From: a virus
Lineage: Duplodnaviria > Caudoviricetes
Length of the DNA stretch: 33,619 nt
Virus record (IMG/VR): IMGVR_UViG_3300017971_000579
Coordinates: 1-33,619 of that record
Reading direction: 5' to 3' (one strand)
Shown: positions 15,567 to 26,800 of the stretch, in pieces
How positions within the stretch are numbered: position 1 is the first letter of the stretch
How the letters are laid out: each line of letters begins with the position of its first letter
Position numbers and translations under genes: made by a program
Notes under the pieces: generated by a model
Databases searched by the model: none
What the model was told of the DNA's origin: nothing
The model's input: the letters and a program-made list of their open reading frames with translations, nothing else

Positions 15567-18440
15567 ATGAATCAAAAGCTGAACAATACCCAGCTGGCCT
15601 TCAATGCTGGCGAATTCTCTGAGTCTGCCAGTGCCAGGGTGGACATGGAGAAATATCTCACTGCTGCCAGAATACTTGAGAATTTCCGAATCAACAAGCA
15701 GGGTGAAATGTTCAAGCGTAACGGTTTTGATTACGTTGGAGCTGCCAAGTATGCGAATAGGGTATGTCGTGTGCTTCCCTTTGAATTTTCCCGTACTACG
15801 TCCTTTACTGTTGAATTTGGACATCAGTACATGCGGTTTTTCTATGCCGGTTCCGGTCAGCAAGTCGAGGTGTCAGCCGGTTCCGGTACTACCGCCACTG
15901 TTCCATACGAAATTGCTACTCCATATCTGGAGGCGGATTTGTATGAGGTTCAATTCTCTCAAATCAATGATGTGGTGTTCATCCACCATCCTGATTACCA
16001 GGACCGCAAGCTGAGCCGACTGGCTGATGATAATTGGACGCTGGAGGCCATTGATAACCTTCCTCCTCCTCTGCTCGATGAGAATATTTCAGACATCTAC
16101 CTGACTCCGAGTGCGAAGACTGGTACAATCACGATCAATGCGGCTGTTCCAAGTGGGTCAACTGATGATCCTGATATTTTCTACGATGGGCATGTGGGAT
16201 CCATTTGGCAGATACGTCACTTACGGGAAGGGACCAGTGAAGAGGAATACCTCGATGGAGCTGGTACTACGACATCAACGGCTATTCCAATTATTGGCGA
16301 ATGGACCCTAAGGACCTATGGGTTTTGGGGTGGAACGCTGTATCTGGAAAAGAAGGGAAGCGGTGATTTGGATTTCAGGGTGATTCGTCAGTTCGATGGA
16401 GATAATGATAGAAACGTGGATTCCAATCCTCTTGATGGTGGTGATACTGAGGAAGCTCTATATCGGTTCCGGTTTGTGCGGGATGCTGGATGGGCCTTGC
16501 CAAGTGGTGTAACCGATCGTCCTCGATGTGTTTTGGAGGCTCCTGAGGCATTCATAGCCGGCCTGGTTAAGATCACTGCTGTTCCGAGTGGCGTGGAGCC
16601 ATATAGTAGCGTTACGGCTGAAGTCTTGGAGGATATTGAGGCAACCGATGATACTACTTACTGGTCTGAGCCACTTTGGAGCGACTATCGAGGTTGGTCT
16701 GCATGTGTGGATTCGTTTGAGAATCGACGGTGGGCTGCTGGTAACGATTACCGGCCATTGAACTTCCAGGCATCCAAAACGGATGACTATGAGGATTTTG
16801 ATTACGGCACTGCTGCTGACAATGATGGAATGAATAAGCGCATCAGCGCGAATGCCCAGAATCCTATCCGGTGGATTGGCAACCTCAATGGGCTGCTTCT
16901 TGGTACTTCAACTGAGGTATGGGCTCATTTGACTGAGGATGGGGATATTCTGACTCCTACCAGCGGGAATGTTCGTCGTCAGACTGCAATCGGATCGAAG
17001 GCAATTCAGCCTCTTACGCTGGAGGATGTGCTCCTGTTCGTCCACAATACCGGAAGACGGCTTTATGAGTTAGCTCAGGATAATGCCAGTGTCTTCAGCA
17101 AGCACGCTGCAAACGATATGACGGTATTGGCCGATCATATTGCTGGTACGGGTGAGGGATTTATTACCATGGCAGCTCAGCGGGATCCGGATAATCTGAT
17201 TTGGACAAATCGTGAAGATGGTGAAATGCCTCTGATGACCTATGAGCGACAGCATAATGTTGTTGGCTGGACAAGGCAGGTAACAAATGGAGTGGTTGAA
17301 AGCATTGCTGTAGTCTCTGAGCGGGTGTGGATAAGCGTAAAGCGTACTCTTCCCAGCGGTGAAGTACGGTATATAGAAAGGCTCAATAATAATGATTACA
17401 AGGCACTTGGAAAGCTCTATGCTCAGCTCCTTGATAGCGCATCATCCTTTGGTCCTGCTGCTACTGGCACTATCACTTCTATTAGCAATGCGCGTCCGGC
17501 TGTGGTGGAAGGTGATACAACTGGACTCGTCAGCGGTGACCTTGTTGAGCCTTCAGGAATATCTGGAATTACGAAGCTCAATGGCAATTTCTACAAGGCT
17601 CTCAATATTACCTCGTCATCATTTGAACTCTATGAAGAGGATGGGGTTACTCCGGTCGATACCAGAAAAGACGTTGAATGGGACATCGTAAATGTTACTG
17701 ACACGACTCCTGAAGTTACGGTGAATACGGTTCTGTCTCATGATTTGGTTGTAGGTGACTATGTGGACATTGATGGGGTTACTGGCAGTGCGGCGGTGCT
17801 TCTTAACGGAAAGCGTTTTCAGGTTACAAGCGTGCCATCAGGAGGAACCAGCGTAACGATAAACCTGTATCCTACTTTGCTGACGTGGACGGCAAATGGT
17901 GGGACTATCAAACTGGCTTCTGGAGAATCTTCTGCTGGATCAGGAGGGACTTGGAGAGAGGTTTTCCGGACACTCAGTGGACTCGATCACTTGGAAGGCC
18001 TTGAAGTTGAATGCTGGGGCGATGGCGGAAATGCCGGAAAGTACACGGTATCAGGTGGCGCAATCACGTTGGACGATCCGAAGGCCTTTGGCTACGTTGG
18101 TCTTGCTCAGACGGCTTTGTACAAGTCTATGAGACTGGATGCCACTTCTCAGGGTAACCTACAGGGAAAGAAGCGCAGAATAAGCTCACTCGTTGTACGA
18201 ATTTTCGAGTCTGGTCCGTTTGAATACTCTGCTGATGGTATCGATTGGTACGATGCGCGGGTAAATACCTTCTCTCAGAATCTTTGGGGCGAGGCATGGG
18301 ATCTGGAATCTGAGGATGTTCAGCTGTCATTTCCTGGATCATTTAATTTTGAGGGCTACATTTACATTCGACAGGCTTCACCTGCTCCCCTAAAGGTGAA
18401 AGCTATAACAGTGAACTTTGAGGCTTCAGAAGGTGGATAA
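15567..18440 (+). CDS. Tail tubular protein B / nozzle (T7 gp12-like) with an inserted tandem domain
   Basis: FNAGEFS...RVD, LPFEFS, EFG..YMRF, Q.NDV.FI.H, MTYER..NVVGW, RYIERL, GLDHLEG and GKKRRIS motifs. Confidence 0.9.
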   Translation: MNQKLNNTQLAFNAGEFSESASARVDMEKYLTAARILENFRINKQGEMFKRNGFDYVGAAKYANRVCRVLPFEFSRTTSFTVEFGHQYMRFFYAGSGQQVEVSAGSGTTATVPYEIATPYLEADLYEVQFSQINDVVFIHHPDYQDRKLSRLADDNWTLEAIDNLPPPLLDENISDIYLTPSAKTGTITINAAVPSGSTDDPDIFYDGHVGSIWQIRHLREGTSEEEYLDGAGTTTSTAIPIIGEWTLRTYGFWGGTLYLEKKGSGDLDFRVIRQFDGDNDRNVDSNPLDGGDTEEALYRFRFVRDAGWALPSGVTDRPRCVLEAPEAFIAGLVKITAVPSGVEPYSSVTAEVLEDIEATDDTTYWSEPLWSDYRGWSACVDSFENRRWAAGNDYRPLNFQASKTDDYEDFDYGTAADNDGMNKRISANAQNPIRWIGNLNGLLLGTSTEVWAHLTEDGDILTPTSGNVRRQTAIGSKAIQPLTLEDVLLFVHNTGRRLYELAQDNASVFSKHAANDMTVLADHIAGTGEGFITMAAQRDPDNLIWTNREDGEMPLMTYERQHNVVGWTRQVTNGVVESIAVVSERVWISVKRTLPSGEVRYIERLNNNDYKALGKLYAQLLDSASSFGPAATGTITSISNARPAVVEGDTTGLVSGDLVEPSGISGITKLNGNFYKALNITSSSFELYEEDGVTPVDTRKDVEWDIVNVTDTTPEVTVNTVLSHDLVVGDYVDIDGVTGSAAVLLNGKRFQVTSVPSGGTSVTINLYPTLLTWTANGGTIKLASGESSAGSGGTWREVFRTLSGLDHLEGLEVECWGDGGNAGKYTVSGGAITLDDPKAFGYVGLAQTALYKSMRLDATSQGNLQGKKRRISSLVVRIFESGPFEYSADGIDWYDARVNTFSQNLWGEAWDLESEDVQLSFPGSFNFEGYIYIRQASPAPLKVKAITVNFEASEGG

Positions 18441-18894
18441 CGCGATAGCAGAAAAACCAAATGTCGGTGACCTGGAGAAGGCAATGCTCCAGACTGAAGG
18501 TGTGCTTGTTGGTAGTCAGACCGACGACATCTGTAAGCTTGCTCATCACTTTGCTCCAGGGGTCTACGGTCGGGAAATCACGATACCGGCTGGAATGGTA
18601 GTAGTAGGCCACCGCCACAAGGAAGCGACTATGAATGTCGTTCTGAGCGGTCACGCTTGGCTGGTTTGTGAGGGGGATGATCCTAAACTGGTAGGTCCTG
18701 GAGTCTTTGTTTCTCAGCCTGGAGTGCGTAAGGCAGCTATTGCAATCAGCGACTTCAGGATCATAAATATCCATCCTACTGAGGAGACTGATCTTGAAAT
18801 TATCGAGGGACTGACAATCGATAAAAGTGAGGCCTTCATGGAGGCTGAAAGACTGATGATGACCGTGAACAAATTTCTGGAGGGATCTGAATGA
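18433..18894 (+). CDS. Cupin-fold protein
   Basis: HHFAPGVYGREITIPAG.VVVGH.HK...S.PG..K...NIHPT.ETD. GTG 18433 is the likely start, but this is uncertain. Confidence 0.75.
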   Translation: MDNAIAEKPNVGDLEKAMLQTEGVLVGSQTDDICKLAHHFAPGVYGREITIPAGMVVVGHRHKEATMNVVLSGHAWLVCEGDDPKLVGPGVFVSQPGVRKAAIAISDFRIINIHPTEETDLEIIEGLTIDKSEAFMEAERLMMTVNKFLEGSE

Positions 18895-19352
18895 GTTGGG
18901 TATCAACGGCACTGGTGATTACAGCTGTAGGCACTGGATACGGTGCTTATACCTCCTATAAGACTGGAAAGATTCAGGAAGCTCAGCTGAAAGAGGACGC
19001 TCGTCAGGTAAAGCTTGATCGCATTGCTCAGGAAGAAGAGGAAAGGGAGTTGCGTCGTCGGGCTCGTCAAGCGGGCAAGCGTGAGCTTGGAGCAATTGAG
19101 GCACGTATAGCCGGTATGGGATTGGCAATGGAAGGTTCTCCACTTGTGGCATTCAGCCTGAATGCGGCACGTCAGGAGCTTGAATTCCAGGAGTCAAAGC
19201 GCCAAAGCGATATTTTTGGGACTCAGGCTCAGCGAAGAGAGAAAGGTTTGATTTATCAGGGTCACCTGGCACGACTATCCGGAAAAATCGGGGCAACATC
19301 CACACTGCTTAGCGGTGCTTCAAGGATGGCCACAATGAAAGCGAGTACATAA
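18891..19352 (+). CDS. Small internal virion/ejection protein (T7 gp14-like position)
   Basis: Hydrophobic N-terminus, coiled coil, G....GSPL motif and G/A-rich C-terminus; gene order. Confidence 0.7.
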   Translation: MSWVSTALVITAVGTGYGAYTSYKTGKIQEAQLKEDARQVKLDRIAQEEEERELRRRARQAGKRELGAIEARIAGMGLAMEGSPLVAFSLNAARQELEFQESKRQSDIFGTQAQRREKGLIYQGHLARLSGKIGATSTLLSGASRMATMKAST

Positions 19353-19354
19353 TC

Positions 19355-20824
19355 ATGGCAGCTGGTGATATTCCAATTCGTAATATGCCTGGAGTCAGCA
19401 GGACTGAGGGAACTCCTTTGATCGGTACTGCTGGTATTGCTCAGGTGGGACAGGCTCAGCAACGGCTGGCTGGTGCTATCGGTCAGGCTGGAGATGCTGC
19501 GATGGCATTTGCCCAGAAGCGTCAGCGCACAAATGATGTGGCGGCTGAATCTGATGAACAGCTGGGAATTACTGCTACGAATGAGAAGATCGATGTAAAT
19601 CTACAATCTGAAGAGTACCGGAACGATCATGAAAAGTGGGTCGATATGGGTACTGATTTGTGGGATCAGCGTTCTCAGGCAATGGAGGAAAATCTGACGA
19701 AGTACGGTGTCTCTGACGAGGCTGCTGAAACGATTCGTACCAGATATAGCGTTTCTCGTGAAAAGTCTCTTGGTCGTCTTACTGAGCAGGCTCTTGCCCG
19801 TGATTGGGAGTTGAAGATGACCACTATCACGATGTCAGCTCAGGATTATTACAGGAATGAAATGTGGGATGCGGGTGATCGAAAGATTGATTCCATCGGA
19901 TTGCCTGAACCTGAGGCGGAAGCACTGAAATTTAAGCTCAAGCATGAGGCTGACTATCAAATGGCTGAGCAGGAGCTTCGTTCAATGGTCACTCCTGACG
20001 ATTACAAGGCCTTCATGGACATGCTGATGGTCAAGGAGGGCGAAGGCGACGAATCAAAGTTTGTAAATTACAAGGGACTTCAGCCAGACTCCAGGAGAAC
20101 GCTTTTAGGATATGCTGATGCTCGTATGCGTACAGCATTACGGGACCAGGCCAGTACGCTCAGGACATTCAATAAGGCTCTTGCCAGCGGAAATGCGACT
20201 GATGATGACATCAAGGTAGCTGCTGCGAAGGGTACTGATCCATTCGTTGTAGAGCAGATGCAGCGGGCAATGGAGGCCAAAACTGTCTACGAGGAGAATA
20301 CCACTGAATACCAGAAGCTTGCTGATGAAATGACGCTCAGCTGGTATCACAAGGGATTCGGAATGGATTGGGTTCCTGCGGCTTTGAAAAAGGACATCCC
20401 TGAGGAGGCGTACAACAAGCAGCTGAAGAAGATTGCAGATAGCGACTTTACTCCAGCCTCGAAGCGTAAGCTGGTGGACCTATGGCTGGATTGGCGTTAC
20501 CAGGATGCCGTTGAAGATGGTCAGCTGATGCTGGCCGGCTTCGATGAGAAGGTGAACTTGGATGATGCTGACAAGCGCAAGGTTACTGACATGTTCGACA
20601 TGTACAAGGAAGCTAATGGCTACGGCGATTGGGCTCCTGAGGCGATTTCGGGTATTGCCAATGAGCAGCTGCGTGATCTTTTCATGTGGATCCACAATAC
20701 GAAGGACATCACTGAGGATATGTGGAGCCTGAAGCTCAATGACTACCGTTCTCAAATTTTCGGTAAAATTGCTGATGAACAGGCTTCTCAGGAGGCCGCA
20801 ACTGGTGATATGTTCGGATTCTGA
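19355..20824 (+). CDS. Internal virion/ejection protein (T7 gp15-like position)
   Basis: G/A/Q-rich N-terminus, then all-helical; lies between the small and large ejection proteins. Confidence 0.65.
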   Translation: MAAGDIPIRNMPGVSRTEGTPLIGTAGIAQVGQAQQRLAGAIGQAGDAAMAFAQKRQRTNDVAAESDEQLGITATNEKIDVNLQSEEYRNDHEKWVDMGTDLWDQRSQAMEENLTKYGVSDEAAETIRTRYSVSREKSLGRLTEQALARDWELKMTTITMSAQDYYRNEMWDAGDRKIDSIGLPEPEAEALKFKLKHEADYQMAEQELRSMVTPDDYKAFMDMLMVKEGEGDESKFVNYKGLQPDSRRTLLGYADARMRTALRDQASTLRTFNKALASGNATDDDIKVAAAKGTDPFVVEQMQRAMEAKTVYEENTTEYQKLADEMTLSWYHKGFGMDWVPAALKKDIPEEAYNKQLKKIADSDFTPASKRKLVDLWLDWRYQDAVEDGQLMLAGFDEKVNLDDADKRKVTDMFDMYKEANGYGDWAPEAISGIANEQLRDLFMWIHNTKDITEDMWSLKLNDYRSQIFGKIADEQASQEAATGDMFGF

Positions 20825-23800
20825 TGGATGCCAATGCTAAATACTTCAAGGATGGATTAGAAAGTGGACTCTCAGCTATTCCTGAGGATTCGCGCAATAC
20901 GCTATTGATGGCTGCTGATGCCTCTGGTGATAGGAACGATTACCTGTATAAGCGATTCAACTCGAATTATATTGCTCATAAGTTTGGCAAGGACAGGGAA
21001 GCAGTCTTCAAGGACTATGATACCTATTCCAAAACCTATCTTCCTGGAGCTGGTGACAATGCGGCCGCTCATTATGGCGCAATTCAGGCGTACTATCGTG
21101 AGCATGACGGCAAGGTGGTGCGTCCACAGGTTCGGGTAGAGAATGAGGTGGAGCAGGAAAAGGCACGAATCAGAGAGCTTCCTGGTGCTATGCTGGCCGG
21201 TGGTGCTCGTTCACTCCTGATGAAATCCGGTGGTACTGCTCAGATTGTGGCCGATGTACAGGTTCCTCTTCAATATGATGATCCTGAATTACCGGAAATC
21301 TTCGATAAAATTCGCGCAATCGATCCGGTAGCATTTGCCAATTACAACATTGGAATGCTCCAGCGTGGCCATGTTCCATCAGGAATGCAGATGCTTCGAC
21401 CTGAGCAACGTGCTGAAGCTGAGGAACTGATGAAGCGTGGTCGTCAAATTGGGATGCGTGCTCAGCAACGTCGTCGGGAAGTGGCGGCTGAACTGCCGGC
21501 TACTGACTTGGCTGATACATTTCGCAAGTCTGCTGGAAAAATCCATAAGGTATATGGTGTATCTGATGCGACTGCTAATAGTTTCTGGGGTCAGATAGCC
21601 ATGGGTATAGGCCAGTTGGCTCCTAATGCGCTTGCTACACTGGCTGGTCCTGCTGGATGGGGAACGATTTTTACTGAGGCCTATGAGGAGGCATATTCTG
21701 ATTACGTTGGTACACTTGAGGAAGGCGAGCTGGCTGATCCAGGTGAGGCATTTAGATATGCAGCGAGCTATGGAACGGTCAGTACTGCACTGGAAAAGAC
21801 TGGTATAGATACTATCCTAAAGAACGTCTTCAAAGAAGGTAAGGACCTGACGCTGAGAGAAGTATCAAAGCGGATTGCTGCTGGTGGATTCGGTGAAGGT
21901 GTTACTGAGGCATCCCAGGGACAGGCTATGGATATGCTGGCCAGAATGACCGGTGTGGATCCTGAGCGTGATTTGTGGTCAATGGATGTCCTTCGTAAGC
22001 GAATGGTAGAATTTGGCGTGGGGATGTTCACTGGACAGGCGGTGACTGCTGTTGGGGTTGGTACTGGTGCAGCTGTAGAAAGCTCCCGCGGGAAGCAGTA
22101 TATTTCAAACCGTCTTGGACAACCACTGAGTAAGGAAGACTTTGCACTGCTGAGAAAGCATAAGACTGACGATCAAATTCGTGAGGCCTTGGCGGATCCG
22201 GCCACGGGAGACATCCTGGTGAAGGCTGCGAATGGGGATGTCGATGCTCAGAAAATGTACAATGCTCAGGCGTTGGTCGATTCCGATATGTTTGTGCCGA
22301 CTATAAATGTCGGGAATACTCAGTTTGGGGAAGTGAACGGAAACCCCGTGATGGTGAATCCTGACATTGGAGCGATTCCACTGGATATGACCAATCCTGA
22401 ACATGCAGCTATTTTCCAGCGTGCTCAGCAACTCCAGGAAGAAAAGGAGCTTGTCCGGACGGATGTGGATGAGGTGCAGGCTCGTGCTGCTTACAATGAT
22501 TTCTATGGTGCTCAGGCTCAGCGTATCATGGTGATGCCAGAAACCGGTGAAAAGATGGCGACTGAAGCGATACCTGAGCCTAGCATAGCAGAACGCGAAG
22601 GCCAGTATGTTGTATTTGGACCAGGCGAAGAGGAGATTGCTCGTGCTGACACCATGCAGGAGGCTCGTGAAGCTGCCATGGATTTCAAAGTGCAGGAATC
22701 TCAGAAGCTCGGTCAGGACCTCCAGGACTTTCTTGATTACTTTGAATTCATATCCGGTATCGAGGCTGATGTGGATGTGGAGGCTCCTATGTCCTATCGT
22801 CGGCTTATCGATGAAGGTAAGATGAGCGAGGCGGCTGCTCGTGAGTGGATCAGCAAAACCACGAATTTTAATACCACTGATGAAATCGAGTGGGCTCTGG
22901 AAAACAGCATTGTCCTGGGAAGCTCAATCAGCGGGTTCAAGCGTAGAGCTTGGCAGGATGCGATAAAAATCTACAAGGGGGCCAGCTACTTCACAGTCAT
23001 AGAGGAGTATTCTGAGGCGTACCTGAAGGCTGCTATTGAGCGCGATGGTGATCTGACATGGGAGGACCTTCAAACCTGGAAGCTCGACTATGAGCGAAAG
23101 ACTGGCCGGATTGAGTACGGAAATGACAATGCTGGCTTAACAGAATGGTTTTCAAATAGATCGATCGATTACGTGACCGGTCGGCTGAATCAGGATGAGG
23201 CGGCTGAAATTCCATCTGGTTTCAAGCGGTTCCTGGTACAGTTTCAGGCGTACATGAAGCATATTATGGCTCGTGCTACTCAGCTGATGCAGCTGCGTCA
23301 GGCTGGACAACTCGATGCTGCGTTAGAGCGTCACCTGGAGCGGGCAACCGGTCTGGATGCTCAGTATGTTGAAATGAGGTTGAAGGCACTGGAGGAGCAA
23401 GAGGCTGGTCCTGATCCTACAATGGAGTTGACTCAGGTGATTCGTCGCATGGGTGGCATTGTCAGTCCTTCTCGTGCTGAGGCAATGGTGGCCGGTCGTG
23501 AGGGTACTGAATTTGCTGGTGAGCTGCGGGAAGTCTGGGAAGAATATGGTCGTGGTCGTGGTCTGGCGATATTCCGCAAGCAGGGTGATACGCTCGATCA
23601 GATGTTACTCAGGTTGCGAGATGAAGGTTTTACCTTTGATACTCCATCAGATTTGATTGAGGCAATGAAACGCTCAGCCAGGGGCGATGCTATCTATCCG
23701 GATTATGCTGGGGTGGCTGAGGATTTGGATACATTCCAGGCGGTTCCTAAGATTGATGAGAAAGGTCAGCCTGCTCCGAATCAAACTTTCATGACTGCTT

Positions 23801-26800
23801 GGCATGGTAGTCCTCACAAGTTCGATTCCTTTGATCTTCAGAAGATTGGGACTGGTGAAGGTGCTCAGGCCTATGGGTGGGGATTGTATTTTGCTGAAGG
23901 TCGTGGGGTTGCTGAATGGTATAAAAATCAATTATCACGTCCAGATACTACCGCATTTATGCGTGAGCTGCTTCTAACAAAAGGAAGGAAGGTAGCGTCA
24001 GAAATCTCATGGAGACTCAGTCAGGGAGAAAGTTTGCAAAGCATAAAGGATTCCATTGAGGGAAGCCTTGAACAGGCTAAAAGATGGAAATCTGAAGGAA
24101 CTAACACTGAAAGCAATCAGGCTTTTATTGATGGAGCTGAAATTGCTCTCAAGCATTTGGATTTAATTGAGGAGCAAACTGGATCAGTCTATCAGGTGAA
24201 TTTAGCTGCTGACGAAGATGAATATCTGTTGTGGGATGAATCACTTAGCGAACAAAGTGAGAAAATTAAAAATGCTTTTGAGCAGCTATTGAAAACGGAA
24301 GCCGCTAAAAAAGCTGATGATTCACTTTACGGAAGTGTGCTTGAGAGAAAAGGACAGTTCGTAGATCCTATAGGTAAGGATATTTATGCAATAGCCTATG
24401 AAGCCCAGACACCCAAGGAAGCTTCTCTTTTGTTACATTCTCTAGGCATCCGTGGAATCAAGTATCTAGATGCTACCTCCAGGGGGTTTTATGTAAGAAC
24501 TTTTGTGAATGGAGAACTCTATTCAGAGACTCGATGGGATACAAGAAATCAGGCTGAACAACATGCAAGGCTGAAACGCGAAGAAGGTTTTGAAACAAAG
24601 ATAGAACGTAAAGGCAACTACAACTATGTCATATTCGATCATCATGATGTGACGATTGAAGAAACCTTTCAGGCGGTGACCAATACTGAGGCCTTCAAGA
24701 ATTGGTTTAAGGAATCGAAGGTTGTCGATGATGATGGTGATCCTCTGGTTGTTTATCACGGTACTCGTGATATGGAATTTGAGGTTTTTGACTATGCCAA
24801 AATCGGGCAGCAAGGCAGGTCCGAAGGACAGGGGTTTTACTTCACTAGCGATCCAGATGTTGCAGCTGGTTACGGTTACAGGGGTCGGGTTATTCAAGCA
24901 TACCTGAGTATTCAAAAACCGATGGAGCTTAACCAGAAAGGATTTGATGAGGATACTCTTAGGGACATCTTGTGGAGGATTGCTGAATTAGAACATGAAT
25001 ATGATCCTGAAATATCAATAGATGATGGGTATCTATCCAATTTTGGAGGTCTTGAGGGTGCTGTAGAACTTGTATCTCAGGACGAAGAGGCTCTTGAACA
25101 GCTTGGCGGTGTAGTCGGTGCTGGAGTAGATCCGGAGTTTGTTAATAAGGCTGTTACTGAAGTTACAGGGTATGATGGCGTGCATGTACCTGGTGGATTT
25201 GGTAACCGTGGAGGTCGTGGCGGTGAAATATGGGTCGCATTTGATCCTTCACAGATAAAAAGTGTGGATGCAACTGCCTTCGATCCAAATGATTTACGTA
25301 TTACCTTTCAGGACACTTTCCCTCGAAATTCCCGTGTAACTGCATCTGAGCAGACCGGAATTCCTAACAAGCAGCTGTACGAAACTGACCACGATTGGGA
25401 TAATTATTCTGATCTGGAGCATGACATGATGGAAGTGGCTAGGGATGAGAAGAGTAAGATTCTGGGTAAGCCGGTGCAGCTGACACGTCAACAAGCCGCT
25501 AGAACTTATCGGGCTGAGGATTCAGGTTTTCGTCAGGCCATATCGAATATCATTTCTCCAATAGCCTCAAAGCTGCGTAGGATCAATCTCGCGCTGTCCC
25601 AGCGACTCAGGGCTCATGATGGTGTGGTAATGCGCCGTAAGAGCGAATACAGGCGTTTGGCTCTGCCATGGGTGAAGAAGATGGAGAAGCTTCCTGATAG
25701 CGTCCAGGATGAGCTAATAATTGCTTTGAGGGATGATCCTGCTGAGGCTCAGCGAATCATGAAATCCTATCGCATGTGGGAAGATTTCCAAGTTATTAAG
25801 AAGGTCCTAGATAGCCTGTACAAGGCTCAGCGCGATATGGGTGATGAGTTGGGATACCTGGAGGATTATTTTCCGTTCCGCGTGAAGGACTATAAGGGCC
25901 TCTATACAGAAATGTATGGCGAGGATGCTGAGGAAGCAACAAAGCTGGAAACGGTGATCGCTGAAGCTCGTGCGAAGGCACACGCGAAAGGTCAGGAGCT
26001 TGATGAGCATGAACGTGAAAGAATAATTTCCGTATATCTTAGGGGTTATACGAAAGGTTTGGGGGCAAAACCTGGATTCCAAAAGGAGCGTACCATGATG
26101 CAACTGGAGTCCAGGTTCCTCCCTTACTATGCAAGTCCATCTGAAGCACTGTTTTCCTACATTGATCGTGCGGTAGATCGTATCGAGGCGAAGAAATTCT
26201 TTGGTCCTCATGCGGTGATTGACAATGAGCTGAAGGTGAACGCTGCCGGCGAGGATGTTGTGATGTCCAGGCTGAACGAAATGGAGAGCGTTTCAGCCAT
26301 GGTGAATGATCTGATTGCGAAGGGCCAGATTGCTCCTCGTGATGTGGATAGGGTAAAGCAGCTGCTTACCGGCCGATTCCGATACCAGTCAGCTCCTAAG
26401 TGGGTCCAGCGTGCGAAGGCACTGACGTATCTTTCATTACTTAATGATGTTTCCGCCACGATCACTCAGGTCGGAGATATTGCTTGGGCTTTGTATCTGG
26501 ATCCGATTGGAGTGCTTCCTTCTTTGGCGCGGGCAACAGTGGGACGCTCGAAGATTGCGGTAGAGGACCTTGGGATAGAGCGAATCGGTCAGGAATTCGA
26601 GAATCCTGGAAAGCTGTACAAGAATCTCGATAGGATGTTTCGATATATCGGTTTCTCCTACATGGACCGCATCGGCAAGGAGACTCTGATAAACACGGGA
26701 ATTAATAAGCTTCGTAAGCGTGCATCGAAAGGAAAGCTACGAGGAAAGGACAAGGAGATTTTGGTAGCAACATTTGGCGATAAGGCGAGCCAGGTAGAGA

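Noticed and set aside
15027-15863. 278-aa antisense ORF
   Set aside because: Shadow of the two tail tubular genes, which are in the same frame.
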